Shown here piece by piece: positions 38,962-49,846 of a DNA stretch of 64,000 nucleotides (position 1 is its first letter; every line of letters starts with the position of its first letter). A model generated the notes under the pieces. It did not search any database and was not told the origin of the DNA. It saw only the letters and a program-made list of their open reading frames with translations. Made by a program: the position numbers and the translations under genes. The DNA lies in assembly GCA_000146465.1 (NCBI GenBank), contig CP001951.1, one strand, 5' to 3'.

Positions 38962-41900
38962 ATGGATGAGTCCAAACAAAAGCTCGAGGAGGTGCAGATT
39001 CTTCTGAACAGGCTGGCGGCTTCGTCTAACAAGGAGATTAGAAGGATTTTGGATGGGTTACCCTCATGTCCGACATCAAAGTCTATCTTGGATACCTTTT
39101 GCCTTCTTTTTAGCTTAGGGAGGTACAGTAACAAGGAATTGCTTTGTTTTCTAGATGCATTCCAAAGGTTCATACCTATCTGCAGGGCAGACCTAAGCGA
39201 GGTTGGGGACAAGATAGTAGAGCTTAAGTTTACTCCTTCGGAGAAAGACACCGATCTTGTGATCCTCAAGTACTTCGAAATCACGAACACCATAGCCGAG
39301 AGTATCCAGTCGGAATCCTCGAGAAGTGTTTTTAGTAGATATATGTTTGTTCTCTCGAACAGTGTTGTAAGCAGAGGTGCGCAAGTAGAGGTGCTTGGGA
39401 GATTCAGGGAGTTTCTCAAGAAGAAGAAAGGTCTTCTAAAGCTCTTTGCAGCTCGAAGAATGTATAGAAACATTGGATGCACAGAAGATTTGATCATAAA
39501 CTTCAGCGAGCTTCTTAGTGACGAGGAGATGGTTGAAGTTGCACTAGAGTGCACCACCCTCCGAGGCTTTATAATAGCCAAAACAAGGAGTAGGTATCTG
39601 TTCCAGATGTATCACAACGAACTTCCCTGGTGGTATGTGATGGGGATGCATGAGTCGCTGATTCCGTATTTATACTACACTTTCGATGGAGTTGGGCTTT
39701 ACAAGAACGTCTCCAAGGAAGTGTATGGCAGACTAGATGAACAGGACATAATAAGGGCGATGGACGAGGATATGAAGAGCAAGATCTCACCAGATGAATG
39801 CGATGTGCTTGGGAATGTGTCTGAACATAAGAATATGGCGGATGATGAAGGAATGGTCGGAGTGAAGAGAGACATAAGAAGATTCAACGAAACGGGATGC
39901 TTGAAAGAGATGCTTGAGAAGTATGGAGAGCAGATGAGCTTTGAGTTTTTGAGGTATTTTGAGGAAACAGACCTCCGGAGATTGGGGGAATTTCTGTGCA
40001 AGCTAAAGAACGAGCCTTTACTAAGGATGTTTGCCGAGACATTTGATTTTCTTGACATGGATATTCTCGATGGTTTGAGGATTTTTCTCCTTTCCTTCCA
40101 CCTATCTCCAGAGGGCCAGGTAATTCATAGAGTTGTCGAGGCTTATGCCGATAAGTACTATTTGGATAATGCAGGAATATGCACGTTTATGGACATGGCC
40201 AAGGACAAGAAGACAAAGGAGTTTGTGTTTAATCTCTCATTCTCATTTCTCGTCCTTAACACGAAGTTCCATAACCCGAATATAAAGGTCAAACCTACAT
40301 TCAAGGACTACATGAAGGACTTTACACCTGAGGAGATTCCTCCTTCGTTTGGAGAGGAGTATCTTGAGTCCATGTACCAATCCATCAAAAAAAAGCCGTT
40401 GGAATTCCCGGCCAAGAACCAGCCTGGAAAAGAACACTATAAAGTATTCAAGAAGGTGTGTAAGAACCTCCAAGAGATGGAGTCAAGAGAATCCAAGCTT
40501 AGAATTCGGCTACTTGAGCCTGAACTTCCAGAGGGACTGAGGATATGTACAGCATGCAGGATGGAGGCCCACAGGAAGTTGTTTTCGACAGATTTCAAGA
40601 GATTTCTTTTCCTGGACCCTAAGGTGTTCTACCAAATATGCAGTAGGCTAAGGATGACACATATATTTGAAGAGTATCTGAATGCCCATAAAGAAGATAC
40701 CCAAAAATTCATTGAGTCCTTTGTCTATTATCTGGGAATGGAAGGAAAGGCCAGCCTGTATGCAACTCTACTCGATGTTCTTGCAAGGACCGACAAGCAA
40801 AGGAGCAGTGGAATGCTTTCGGATCTTGGAATTTCGTTTCTAAAGAGCTCACCAGGAAAAGACAGGGTCCAGCAACAATATAGAGACGCATACAAAGAAC
40901 TTTTGAATTCGGAAATCCCTAATGTCGGCCTCCTATGCGAAGGTTTGTGTCTCTTTCTTTCAAGAGATGTGTCTGGAGGGGTGTCTGGGGAGGAAGAGAT
41001 GGCTTCCCAGAAGAGAAGGCAGAGATCTATAGGGTTTGTAAAGGGTGTGGTTGTTGACATTCTTAAGAGGAACATCTCGAAGGTGGAGGATCTGTCGATG
41101 CTGGACGACGAGAACATTGGGGTCTTACTGAGGGAATGTGTTGAAACAGGAAACAGGAAGAAGTTCTGCCATATATCCAAGTTTGTCTCGGAAGAAAGAC
41201 TTCTTTTTTATTTCCGGCAGGTTTTGGAGGAAAGCCCAGGGTTTTTGGACGATGAGATTCTGGAGGTATTCAAGAGGATCTCCATCTATAATGAAAATGG
41301 ATTCCACTGCATTCTGCTTCTACAGAGTAATGGAGTTGATATGTTTGACTTTGTAGTCACAGTAAAATACGAAAGTATTGTCTGCAGAGCTATAAATGCT
41401 CACGAAGGAGAAGATGGAGACCAATCTGAACAGTCGAGGCTGGAGTTTTCTGGAAAAGACACTTTGAATTGTTACACTGTTGAAGAAAAGTATGGGGAGA
41501 GCCTGTCTGTTCCCTCGAATCTGTTTCACTTCTATGTATCTTCCAATTCTGTTCTGAATCAGTCAAAGGCAAGATCGATTCACAAGTCTGGGTGTCCTCT
41601 GAAAGAAAAGCTGTTTAACCGCGAAGAAATGGACAAGAGATTGATATACATGATAAAGAAGGCGGACTCGATGAACAGTAAGGACATAACCAACTATGCC
41701 CTTTGGATTGTGAACCTTCTATCTTCAAGCCTTCCGTTGCTGTCTAAGTTCTTTGTCAGGAATTTTGGGCTTCTCCTTACCTTAAAGGACCAGACAATGA
41801 CAAACAACTTCATCAAGATATTCTACTCGAGAATATGCAAGGTAATAAATGGGTCTGAGTTGTGCTGCCGCTGCGGATATTCCTATCTGGACGATGTGGA

Positions 41901-42138
41901 GAAGCTTATCGAGATGCTGTTGAAGTATGACCTTGCATCGGAAAAGGACTTTGAATTCTACTTTAAAGGAAAATCCGAAATGATAAAGAGCGGAAGGGTT
42001 AAGGTTGGCGAAAGGGGTGTGCAGCTGGTTAATTCCAAGGAGAAGAATGACGGAAGTGAGAACAACAGTGGAGAACCTGGAGAGGTAGCGGTGGTTGGGG
42101 AGCCAAATATCAAAACAAACCCTGACTTCAATCTATAA
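38962..42138 (+). CDS. Sec7-domain ARF guanine-nucleotide exchange factor (GBF1/Gea- or BIG/Sec7-like)
   Basis: Sec7 motifs FHLSPEGQVIHRVVEAYADKYY and SFLVLNTKFHNPNIKVKPTFKDYMKDF. Confidence 0.7.
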   Translation: MDESKQKLEEVQILLNRLAASSNKEIRRILDGLPSCPTSKSILDTFCLLFSLGRYSNKELLCFLDAFQRFIPICRADLSEVGDKIVELKFTPSEKDTDLVILKYFEITNTIAESIQSESSRSVFSRYMFVLSNSVVSRGAQVEVLGRFREFLKKKKGLLKLFAARRMYRNIGCTEDLIINFSELLSDEEMVEVALECTTLRGFIIAKTRSRYLFQMYHNELPWWYVMGMHESLIPYLYYTFDGVGLYKNVSKEVYGRLDEQDIIRAMDEDMKSKISPDECDVLGNVSEHKNMADDEGMVGVKRDIRRFNETGCLKEMLEKYGEQMSFEFLRYFEETDLRRLGEFLCKLKNEPLLRMFAETFDFLDMDILDGLRIFLLSFHLSPEGQVIHRVVEAYADKYYLDNAGICTFMDMAKDKKTKEFVFNLSFSFLVLNTKFHNPNIKVKPTFKDYMKDFTPEEIPPSFGEEYLESMYQSIKKKPLEFPAKNQPGKEHYKVFKKVCKNLQEMESRESKLRIRLLEPELPEGLRICTACRMEAHRKLFSTDFKRFLFLDPKVFYQICSRLRMTHIFEEYLNAHKEDTQKFIESFVYYLGMEGKASLYATLLDVLARTDKQRSSGMLSDLGISFLKSSPGKDRVQQQYRDAYKELLNSEIPNVGLLCEGLCLFLSRDVSGGVSGEEEMASQKRRQRSIGFVKGVVVDILKRNISKVEDLSMLDDENIGVLLRECVETGNRKKFCHISKFVSEERLLFYFRQVLEESPGFLDDEILEVFKRISIYNENGFHCILLLQSNGVDMFDFVVTVKYESIVCRAINAHEGEDGDQSEQSRLEFSGKDTLNCYTVEEKYGESLSVPSNLFHFYVSSNSVLNQSKARSIHKSGCPLKEKLFNREEMDKRLIYMIKKADSMNSKDITNYALWIVNLLSSSLPLLSKFFVRNFGLLLTLKDQTMTNNFIKIFYSRICKVINGSELCCRCGYSYLDDVEKLIEMLLKYDLASEKDFEFYFKGKSEMIKSGRVKVGERGVQLVNSKEKNDGSENNSGEPGEVAVVGEPNIKTNPDFNL

Positions 42139-42165
42139 TGAATTATTATAAGCATATGAAAATAA

Positions 42166-44904
42166 ATGGGCAGTATTTGTACTTGTGGTTCTTCTTTTCC
42201 AACCTGTCTTGGAAAACCATTTTGGAATCAACAAATCGCTTGTTTTCGGGACCCCAGAGATATGGAAATATTTGCCAATGATCCTTTCCTGGAGGAAGGG
42301 ATGTGCAATGCACCCATAGGGACATTTGACAAGCACTACAGACTTTCTAGGAACTTCATTGCAGACCTTGTGCATCTGGGGCCCATTCTTGTATCTGTTG
42401 CTGTTGAAAAGGATTTTTCAAGAGCATTGGTAAGGTCTGTTCTGGGGTTCAAGGAGTACAGGTTTTACAGTAAGCATATTGAAGAGTGTCCATATTTTTT
42501 CACTGTGAGAAATAGCCTTTCCAGGTATTTTGTAGATACCATCGACAATTGGAGACATGTAGAGATTGCTCCAGAGCAGAGGGAGTCTTCTTTGATGGGA
42601 ATTTTGGGGTCGATCTTTTCATTTGGGGCCTGGCCGTTGAGAGATGAGTCTGGGGGAGGAAGGAAAAAGATGTATGATGCAATCTCCTCTGGAATGATGG
42701 GATGCCCAGAAAGGTATTCTGCCAAGGAGATAATGAATAAGATGGCAGAGGTGAGGGTGGAGTATGCCAGGGGCGTAGATAATGAATTCTATACGAAACC
42801 AATTTATGTCGATTTGGTTTGTGAGAGCAGCAAGAGGATTCCGCGGGAGATGCTTGGGAAGAGGTTTATTGATCCTGAGGACACCCTTTCTGTATCCTCG
42901 GATGATTTAGAAGACATAAAGTCCCCCACCCACTCTGGAGAGAAAAGACTACGGCAGGCACTCCTCGGATTTCTTTTCAATGAAGTTGAATACTTTTGCC
43001 AGGTGAACGGGTTCTACCTGGATATTGTCTCCAAAGCACGGAAATCCGAGATAAACTTTGAGGATGTGTTCAAAGGGTTCTACAAGGTTCACAGCTTCGA
43101 GGCTGGATTTATAGAATCAATGAGAGATATAGTGGAAGAAGCAGGGTTTAAGATGGATAGAATCCTTTCTGATCCCCAATACTTTGCAGATACAATGAGG
43201 GATAATGGGGTTGGAGAGATTAAAATGGATGACGAAGAGATTCTGGAGAAGGTCCTGGACTCATTTGAAAGGCATCTCAACGGATTCCGATGCTATGAAG
43301 ATATGATGTTATTCCATGAAGAATATATTGAAACCTTGGAGAAGGTCAGGAGTTACGACTGGGCACCGGACTACAGGGTTGTAAACGATTGCTTCTGCAA
43401 CTGTCTGCAGCGAATTGTGAGGTATCCAATTCTTATTGATGACATTCTTCAGAACCTCACCTTCTCTCTGCATGAGAAGAGAGTAAAGAAGATCTATGCA
43501 AAAATGACCAAGCTCATCAACATAATCGACAAGAAGAAAGAAAGACATGACAATATCCGATGCGAGCAGCTGATCAGGGAAAAGGTTGAGGAGATTCCTG
43601 GGGAGGTGGCTGAAAGAAAAGCGAACTTTCTTTTTCAATTGAATTGCGAGGATTCGAATGGAGATCCTATTGCATTGTTCTTGTTCCGTGAAATGGTTAT
43701 TATTGCAGATAGAGAAGGCCCTTCCTTACCTATCCAGGACCCTAGGTGTGGAAGGTACTTTTTCCGGCATTCCCTGAGGCTAGAGGATATAGAAATAGTT
43801 TCTTTTGGAACAACTGGGATAAAGATAATTGGGAAGGGAAGTCTGAAAGGAAACGAGATGTACGAGATGAAAGAGGTTTATAGTGACGTCTCTATTGGAG
43901 TGATGTACTTTTCAAAAGGATCTCCTCATTCTGTGAAATGGTTCATCGAGGAGTACCACAAAGCGGGAACCGACTCTGGAAATGGATTGTATGCATCGGG
44001 AAATGTGTTTTTCAGAGTTCTCAAGGACTCCGAAGAAGGAGGCCAAGAAAGAAAAAGAGATTTGATAATATATGTAGGAGATGTAGGATTGGATATATCT
44101 TCAGATTCCAATTCCGCACACCTTGATCTTGAAAATGGAGCTTTCACAACAAAGGGACAAAGTATTCAACACTCCATAAACTACGGAAAAGACGAGATAA
44201 AGCAAAAGTTTGGAGAGATTGTAGGAAATGGGGTCAGAGCCAGGAAAGCATGGATGGCCTCAAAAGATACACCTGGGAAATGTCCTGAGCTGTTTGCCAT
44301 GTACAGGATAAAGCTTAGGGAGATTGTAGAGGAATGTGGGGACTCTTCAGTTGTTGAATTCAATGGAAGATTTTCCAAATGCAATTCATCCACCATAACC
44401 CGGAAGATTCGTGTAGCAGAAGGGATCATAAGATATCTATCAAGATCTTTGCCATATGTAGGATGCAGAAGCTCTGGTGGAAAATATCTTTTTTCTAGTG
44501 CAGGGCTAGATAGAAGCAGACTTAAAGAAGAAGAGATGGTGAACTTCCTAGAAAAGGCCCTAAGCACAGAGGAACTAGAAGATTACGCCTTTTCCGAATA
44601 CAATGCAGAAGACATCCTATACCTGCTGATGTATTTCATACGTACAAGCATGTACACGTTCTTTAGAATAGAAGACATAGAAACATTGCACAGAACACTG
44701 TTTGTAGATAAAATTCATTTTCTAGGAGCAGTTGTTCCAAAGATGAGCAATCCTTCATTTGTCTCGTCCCTTTTCGAAACCATAGTCACAGCCCGAGACA
44801 AGCTTTGTATTGTGCCAACGCTGGATATGTTTCTAGTTATGTTTTCCCCATTCCAGGTGTCCGAGCAGGAAATGGCCGAAATTGTGACTAAGATTTGCTG
44901 GTGA
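42166..44904 (+). CDS. Dbl-homology (RhoGEF) domain protein with N-terminal MGSICTC acylation motif
   Basis: DH CR1 (LRQALLGFLFNEVEYFCQV) and CR3 (NCLQRIVRYPILIDDILQNLT) blocks. Confidence 0.55.
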   Translation: MGSICTCGSSFPTCLGKPFWNQQIACFRDPRDMEIFANDPFLEEGMCNAPIGTFDKHYRLSRNFIADLVHLGPILVSVAVEKDFSRALVRSVLGFKEYRFYSKHIEECPYFFTVRNSLSRYFVDTIDNWRHVEIAPEQRESSLMGILGSIFSFGAWPLRDESGGGRKKMYDAISSGMMGCPERYSAKEIMNKMAEVRVEYARGVDNEFYTKPIYVDLVCESSKRIPREMLGKRFIDPEDTLSVSSDDLEDIKSPTHSGEKRLRQALLGFLFNEVEYFCQVNGFYLDIVSKARKSEINFEDVFKGFYKVHSFEAGFIESMRDIVEEAGFKMDRILSDPQYFADTMRDNGVGEIKMDDEEILEKVLDSFERHLNGFRCYEDMMLFHEEYIETLEKVRSYDWAPDYRVVNDCFCNCLQRIVRYPILIDDILQNLTFSLHEKRVKKIYAKMTKLINIIDKKKERHDNIRCEQLIREKVEEIPGEVAERKANFLFQLNCEDSNGDPIALFLFREMVIIADREGPSLPIQDPRCGRYFFRHSLRLEDIEIVSFGTTGIKIIGKGSLKGNEMYEMKEVYSDVSIGVMYFSKGSPHSVKWFIEEYHKAGTDSGNGLYASGNVFFRVLKDSEEGGQERKRDLIIYVGDVGLDISSDSNSAHLDLENGAFTTKGQSIQHSINYGKDEIKQKFGEIVGNGVRARKAWMASKDTPGKCPELFAMYRIKLREIVEECGDSSVVEFNGRFSKCNSSTITRKIRVAEGIIRYLSRSLPYVGCRSSGGKYLFSSAGLDRSRLKEEEMVNFLEKALSTEELEDYAFSEYNAEDILYLLMYFIRTSMYTFFRIEDIETLHRTLFVDKIHFLGAVVPKMSNPSFVSSLFETIVTARDKLCIVPTLDMFLVMFSPFQVSEQEMAEIVTKICW

Positions 44905-44986
44905 TGATGTATTAAATAAACGTTCTGTCTAATGTTTCAGAATTCCAATGGAAGTGTTTACTTGAAGATGATTGTTTTCCATTCCT

Positions 44987-45250
44987 ATGGATACAGAGGA
45001 GGAAAAGGCTTTGAGGGAGTCTTCAAGAAACATGAAGACGACCGTCCAGATAATACAGGAGAAGATGGACCAGCAAGCTTTAATATACGAATCCATTGAG
45101 GCCGAAACAGAAAGAAATGGGAAGATTTTGTTCCTGAACATTCGAAGGTTCGAAGAAGCAATCAGGAGAATGAACAGCGATCCAAGGAACAAAATAATAT
45201 TTATGTTATTTCTGGTGATTGTAGGATGCAGTGGATATCTATTCTTTTAG
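44987..45250 (+). CDS. small tail-anchored SNARE (Bet1/Sft1-like)
   Basis: 87 aa: heptad SNARE helix followed by C-terminal TM IIFMLFLVIVGCSGYLFF. Track start 44972 is TTG; ATG at 44987. Confidence 0.45.
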   Translation: MDTEEEKALRESSRNMKTTVQIIQEKMDQQALIYESIEAETERNGKILFLNIRRFEEAIRRMNSDPRNKIIFMLFLVIVGCSGYLFF

Positions 45251-45269
45251 TTGCCCATTCCTCGATAAA

Positions 45270-48200
45270 TTATGGTGTTTTACACGCTATGTTTTTCAGC
45301 ATTTCAACATCAAGCAAATTATCGCTTTCTGCATACTTCTCATAGAAGTCTGTCAGTATGTCAATGATGAATTTCTTGTCTGCATCCGATGCTTCCGAAT
45401 ACTCCTTCAGGAAGATCTTATTGATTCTGGACATGTCCCTCCTTAGTTTCCTTCGGCTTCTTTTGTTGGTTTCCTTCAGGTACTTTACTGTGCTTTTGAA
45501 TCCCTCGGGATTCTCCTTCATCGATAGAAGAAGGAAGTATCTGGTCATGTTGAAGTATTCCTGATCTACTGGAGAGATTGGAAAGCAGATGAAGAAGGTA
45601 GAAATCACATCTAGAACTAGATGAAAAGTCGATGCAATTTTCAAAGTTCCCATTCCGCAAGTCACTATCCCAAGACACATCTTGTATCTCTCAATGTCTC
45701 CATACCTCATAGAGAGCTGGGCTTCTTGCTTACATCTACTGGATGTAAAAAAGAGGTCTGTCTGTTCTCCCAGGGACTTCCCTGTTTCTGTTGCTTTGAT
45801 CTGTCTCCTCAAAATCCTGATGGTATCAAGGTTACAAGATGAATTCGATATCAACGAAAGAGACACAAGAGATGCATCAAATAGTATCTTAAACTCATCG
45901 TTTTCCCTCATGGCTCTTTCTGCAAAAAGACACACCTCTAGAATGGACTTGAAAAGACTTCCTTCCAAATCCACCTTGATTCCTTTATACAGAAGGTAAA
46001 GAGACACATATAATAATCTCCCAGATCCCCTGTAAAGCTCATAAAAACTTGCTGCTCGGCTCTTTTTGGCCACCTCCTCGATAATAGAATCCAGTTGTTC
46101 GTTCATTTCTAATCCAAGCAGGAACAACTCCGAATAAAAAACCTCTTCAGGCGTACTTGTGTCCGATCTTTTAAACTTACTTCGGAATCTCGTCTGCTTG
46201 CTTCCGAAAAGAACAATCCCGTTGGTAAGGAGCTCACAGAGAGAATCTTCCAGCTCGATGAACTTGAACATGTCGAGGCTAGTTTTCATATACACCATCG
46301 AAAGCGAAATTGATGACAAAACTCTGTATGTGTAGTCGTACCATATCTTGTTTCCTTTGTTGTATTGCTCATCTCCAAAGACTCCTTTTTTGTTTGCCTC
46401 TGAGCTTAAAACGTTCCTTATAAACACGTTTCCGCTTCCTGCATATAGCATTCCAAGCCCAACAATACACCCAGCATGGATATACAATGGCTGTGGAGAC
46501 TTGAGGCAATGTAGATACATTTTCCCTAACAAGTCATCTCTCTTGCCAAGATGACTCATCCCCATTCCCGCCAGAAGCGCCATGGACACTACAGGATACT
46601 TTGCTGTGATAAACTCCCCAACCTTCTGGGGATGAACTCCTTCCAACCGGCCCTGGAGCCCAAATGCGAATATTCTTCCTGCCACCTCAAACTCGTTTCC
46701 CTCTCCTGTGGATGTAAATTCCAAGATTCTCGACTCTATAAAATCATGTGAAATCTCATCAAAGGAGCTCAGCCCGCAACTCCTAGAAACAGAGTAGTTA
46801 AACATAGGCCAATTCATCCATTCCGGATCTTTAATTTCAATCTCTCCTAATTCCCCATTCTTGTAGATCGGGAATCTTAGTTGTCCTGGACTTTGTTCTT
46901 CCTTTGCTACCCCCAGTCCATAAAACAAATATGCTCCTCCTATGTTCGATATCTTCCGAAGAACATATCCTTTTTCCTTCTTGTTTTCAAGGTCGTACTC
47001 GTCAATCTCAAATATTATTGGCTTCTCATCAAACAAAGAAATCACTTCCTCTATCCGAGAGTCCCCAAAGTGCTTTTTAGCTATTCTGCACAGTTTATTG
47101 ATGGACCTTGTGGGCTTGGTACTTCCTAGTATCCTACTTTTCTTCATTTCCATATAAATCACTCTGTATCCAAGATTCTTCACATCCGAATACTTCAATC
47201 CTGTAATGGCATCTAGATTGCATCTCATGATCCTCCTAAACTTTATATTCATCACATCTTGGCCTACAGAGAGCGAAGGACAGGTATAATTAATCAACTC
47301 CTTGCATCTGGACATCGTCTCCAAACCTTTAATCGGAGCTATCTCCATTCCTAAAAACTCCCATACGCTCTTGCATCGAGCTAGCCATTCGTCCAGAACT
47401 CTATCAATTCCTGCCATAACATCCTCGGTTATCTCCAGAAGGTCAAATCTCTTCTCTTTGCTTTGAAGAAATGCCCCCATAAACACTCTTTGCATCGCCC
47501 TTGGATAGCATGAAAGGATATTCTTCTCCACCTCATTTATCCCTGACCAGAAAGGCTTGTAATAGTTCTGCATCCATTTCTTTGGAATCCTCGACTTTGG
47601 CCACAGATCTTTTCTAATCCTAGAGCACATAATCTCGTTTCCCATAAAGAGCACATCGTTTATCCTTAAAAACTCGAGATATTTGTCTCTTGTAAGCCTC
47701 ATTCGATATTTTATGAGGTGTTTGGCCTCCTTCTCGAACCTTACATTGGTTTCGGATAGAAGCTTACTTCTCTTCACTCTTCCTTTACTTCCCCCAACCC
47801 GGACAAACAATGCTGTATTCCCATAAATCCCAACCATGAAATTTTCGTACTCAGTGATCCTCATCTTTATTCCCCCCTCATTTTTGGTATCTTCTTCATA
47901 GTCCTCAACAAGGCATCTTATTCCTTCCTCTATCTTATAAGCAATCAGCATTCTTGTTCTGTTGGTCTCGTCAAAGTTGTCGTCTCCCATTCCAGAGCAT
48001 GAGGACTCTATCGGATCTTCCAGTCCTATTTCCTTTCTTCCTGTATTCCTAAGGAGATATCTTCCCCTCCCCTCCAGAATCATCTCTCCAGATATGACTT
48101 CCCGGAGAACAAATCCGTGATGAAAGAACACAAATTCCTCGGGTTCAAAGGGATGGGAAATAAACATCACATGGTTGTTTTCCTTGTGATGGTAATAAAC

Positions 48201-48392
48201 ACCTTCTTCCTTCACAATAGCTGCTTTTATTGGCCGTGACAAGGTCATGTCCTCATCTCCAAAGAAGTGAATCCTCGACTGGGTACAAACAACAACCCAT
48301 TTCTTGAAATTCCCCACACTAATAATCTCCTCCCTAAACCTTAGCTTCTTTCCTTTAAACACAAGCTCTGTACTTCTCCATTTAACTACCAT
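45270..48392 (-). CDS. large beta-propeller + PC-repeat protein, candidate anaphase-promoting complex subunit 1 (APC1-like)
   Basis: Beta-rich N-terminus. PC-repeat-like ALLAGMGMSHLG and IVGLGMLYAGSGN. Low-confidence call. Track start is TTG; ATG at 48392. Confidence 0.3.
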   Translation of the reverse strand: MVVKWRSTELVFKGKKLRFREEIISVGNFKKWVVVCTQSRIHFFGDEDMTLSRPIKAAIVKEEGVYYHHKENNHVMFISHPFEPEEFVFFHHGFVLREVISGEMILEGRGRYLLRNTGRKEIGLEDPIESSCSGMGDDNFDETNRTRMLIAYKIEEGIRCLVEDYEEDTKNEGGIKMRITEYENFMVGIYGNTALFVRVGGSKGRVKRSKLLSETNVRFEKEAKHLIKYRMRLTRDKYLEFLRINDVLFMGNEIMCSRIRKDLWPKSRIPKKWMQNYYKPFWSGINEVEKNILSCYPRAMQRVFMGAFLQSKEKRFDLLEITEDVMAGIDRVLDEWLARCKSVWEFLGMEIAPIKGLETMSRCKELINYTCPSLSVGQDVMNIKFRRIMRCNLDAITGLKYSDVKNLGYRVIYMEMKKSRILGSTKPTRSINKLCRIAKKHFGDSRIEEVISLFDEKPIIFEIDEYDLENKKEKGYVLRKISNIGGAYLFYGLGVAKEEQSPGQLRFPIYKNGELGEIEIKDPEWMNWPMFNYSVSRSCGLSSFDEISHDFIESRILEFTSTGEGNEFEVAGRIFAFGLQGRLEGVHPQKVGEFITAKYPVVSMALLAGMGMSHLGKRDDLLGKMYLHCLKSPQPLYIHAGCIVGLGMLYAGSGNVFIRNVLSSEANKKGVFGDEQYNKGNKIWYDYTYRVLSSISLSMVYMKTSLDMFKFIELEDSLCELLTNGIVLFGSKQTRFRSKFKRSDTSTPEEVFYSELFLLGLEMNEQLDSIIEEVAKKSRAASFYELYRGSGRLLYVSLYLLYKGIKVDLEGSLFKSILEVCLFAERAMRENDEFKILFDASLVSLSLISNSSCNLDTIRILRRQIKATETGKSLGEQTDLFFTSSRCKQEAQLSMRYGDIERYKMCLGIVTCGMGTLKIASTFHLVLDVISTFFICFPISPVDQEYFNMTRYFLLLSMKENPEGFKSTVKYLKETNKRSRRKLRRDMSRINKIFLKEYSEASDADKKFIIDILTDFYEKYAESDNLLDVEMLKNIACKTP

Positions 48393-48440
48393 CAAAGGGT
48401 ATACTCATCAAAGTTTTATAGGTTCCTTGCCTACTGCTCT

Positions 48441-49013
48441 TCATAGCTCTTCCTCCTCAACAGACATTCCACATCTACATCTACAAACTTCCCCATCATC
48501 TTCAAACACATGCTCATGCTTCTTGGTGTCTCCAACTTCCATCCTGGTTTTTCTCCTAAGATCCTTTATATTCTTTTTCAACTTCCTTTGCTTCCGATCT
48601 TTAGTTCTCTTTTTCCTCTTTTCCTTGATCTCCTCAATCTTCTCGAGCGATCCCCACTTCCAGACTGCAAACTCTTCAACCTCCTCCTTCAGATACAGAT
48701 GCATTCTTGACCATGTTCCCTTGCGAGGATTGGGTCTCTCAAGAAACCGGAGCTCCTTAAGCTCGTCATCTACTAGAAGATAGTCGGAAAGGCAAGAAGT
48801 CTTTGTTACAAACTTAAGAGAGCTGTAACGGCACGATCTGCAGACCGGAATTCCAAATGTCTTTTCAATCTCATCATCGAGAGGAATCTGGAGACAATAC
48901 TTGCATCTCTTGCCAGGAAGCACTGGAAGAAGTATGGACTCATCTTCCTTTAGCTCCTTTTTCTTGTCTTCCTTTTCTGGGAAAAATCCTCCGTCCCGCG
49001 AAGTATTCTCCAT
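48441..49013 (-). CDS. RAD14: DNA repair protein XPA/Rad14
   Basis: C4 zinc finger CKYC..CRSC, then XPA core YSSLKFVTKTSCLSDYLLVDDELKELRFLERPNPRKGTWSRMHLYLKEEVEEFAVWKWGS. Track start is TTG; ATG at 49013. Confidence 0.7.
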   Translation of the reverse strand: MENTSRDGGFFPEKEDKKKELKEDESILLPVLPGKRCKYCLQIPLDDEIEKTFGIPVCRSCRYSSLKFVTKTSCLSDYLLVDDELKELRFLERPNPRKGTWSRMHLYLKEEVEEFAVWKWGSLEKIEEIKEKRKKRTKDRKQRKLKKNIKDLRRKTRMEVGDTKKHEHVFEDDGEVCRCRCGMSVEEEEL

Positions 49014-49061
49014 CCTACCCAACGGAGGGCATCTGCTTTACGTTTATGCTTCCTTTAAGAC

Positions 49062-49805
49062 ATGATAGAACAGATCTTGCTTGAGAGAGAAAGGATAATT
49101 GGTTCTCCAGTAGCCCCTTGTATGCTTCTCGATTTGTTTGGACTGTTCGGAGGAAAGCCTTCATGGTCTCTAAGTCCAAAAAAGTTTGAAGGGTGCAACC
49201 AGAACAACTTCGGAGGAAAAGTGATAGTCCCGCAATCCGTTCTGGTTGATCTTGTATCGTTCCAGATCCAACCTCCATTTACATTTGAAATTTCACACTC
49301 CGACGGGGTTTTCAAGACCCATTGTGGAGTCTTGGAGTTTACTGGCGAGGAAGGCCAGGTAGTTGTTCCTTCATGGATGTACCAGCAACTTTCTATGGGA
49401 GATGTAGACAAGGTCGAGCTCAAATATATGACTTTTCCACTTGGGAGGTTTGTAAAGCTGATTCCTCACTCTGTAGACTTCCTTGAGGTCGAAAACCCAA
49501 AGCAAGAGCTGGAGCTGTGTCTGAGAAACTACCAGGTCCTTTCCGAGGGAGATGAGATCTTGTTCCAGTTTGATGAAGTTGGATCGATGAGATTCACAGT
49601 TGCACATATAGAGCCATCAAGCAGTGCAGTATACATTGTAGACACAGATCTGGCTGTTGACTTCCTGGAACCAATTGGATTTAAGGACAAGGTGGAGAGA
49701 GAAAGGACTGTTACAAAGTACATCGAAGTAGTAAATTCAAACTATGACATAAAGCCAATCCGGATGAAGAAGCTTGGGCTGTATATGTATAAGTCAGCAG
49801 ATTAA
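49062..49805 (+). CDS. UFD1: ubiquitin fusion degradation protein UFD1
   Basis: UFD1 double-psi barrel: GGKVIVPQSVL, THCGVLEFTGEEGQVVVPSWM, GDVDKVEL, RFVKLIPHSVDFLEVENPKQELELCLRNYQVLSEGD. Confidence 0.8.
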   Translation: MIEQILLERERIIGSPVAPCMLLDLFGLFGGKPSWSLSPKKFEGCNQNNFGGKVIVPQSVLVDLVSFQIQPPFTFEISHSDGVFKTHCGVLEFTGEEGQVVVPSWMYQQLSMGDVDKVELKYMTFPLGRFVKLIPHSVDFLEVENPKQELELCLRNYQVLSEGDEILFQFDEVGSMRFTVAHIEPSSSAVYIVDTDLAVDFLEPIGFKDKVERERTVTKYIEVVNSNYDIKPIRMKKLGLYMYKSAD

Positions 49806-49846
49806 ATCCAACAACTGATACTGTTTATTGGGAAATGGAATTTTGA

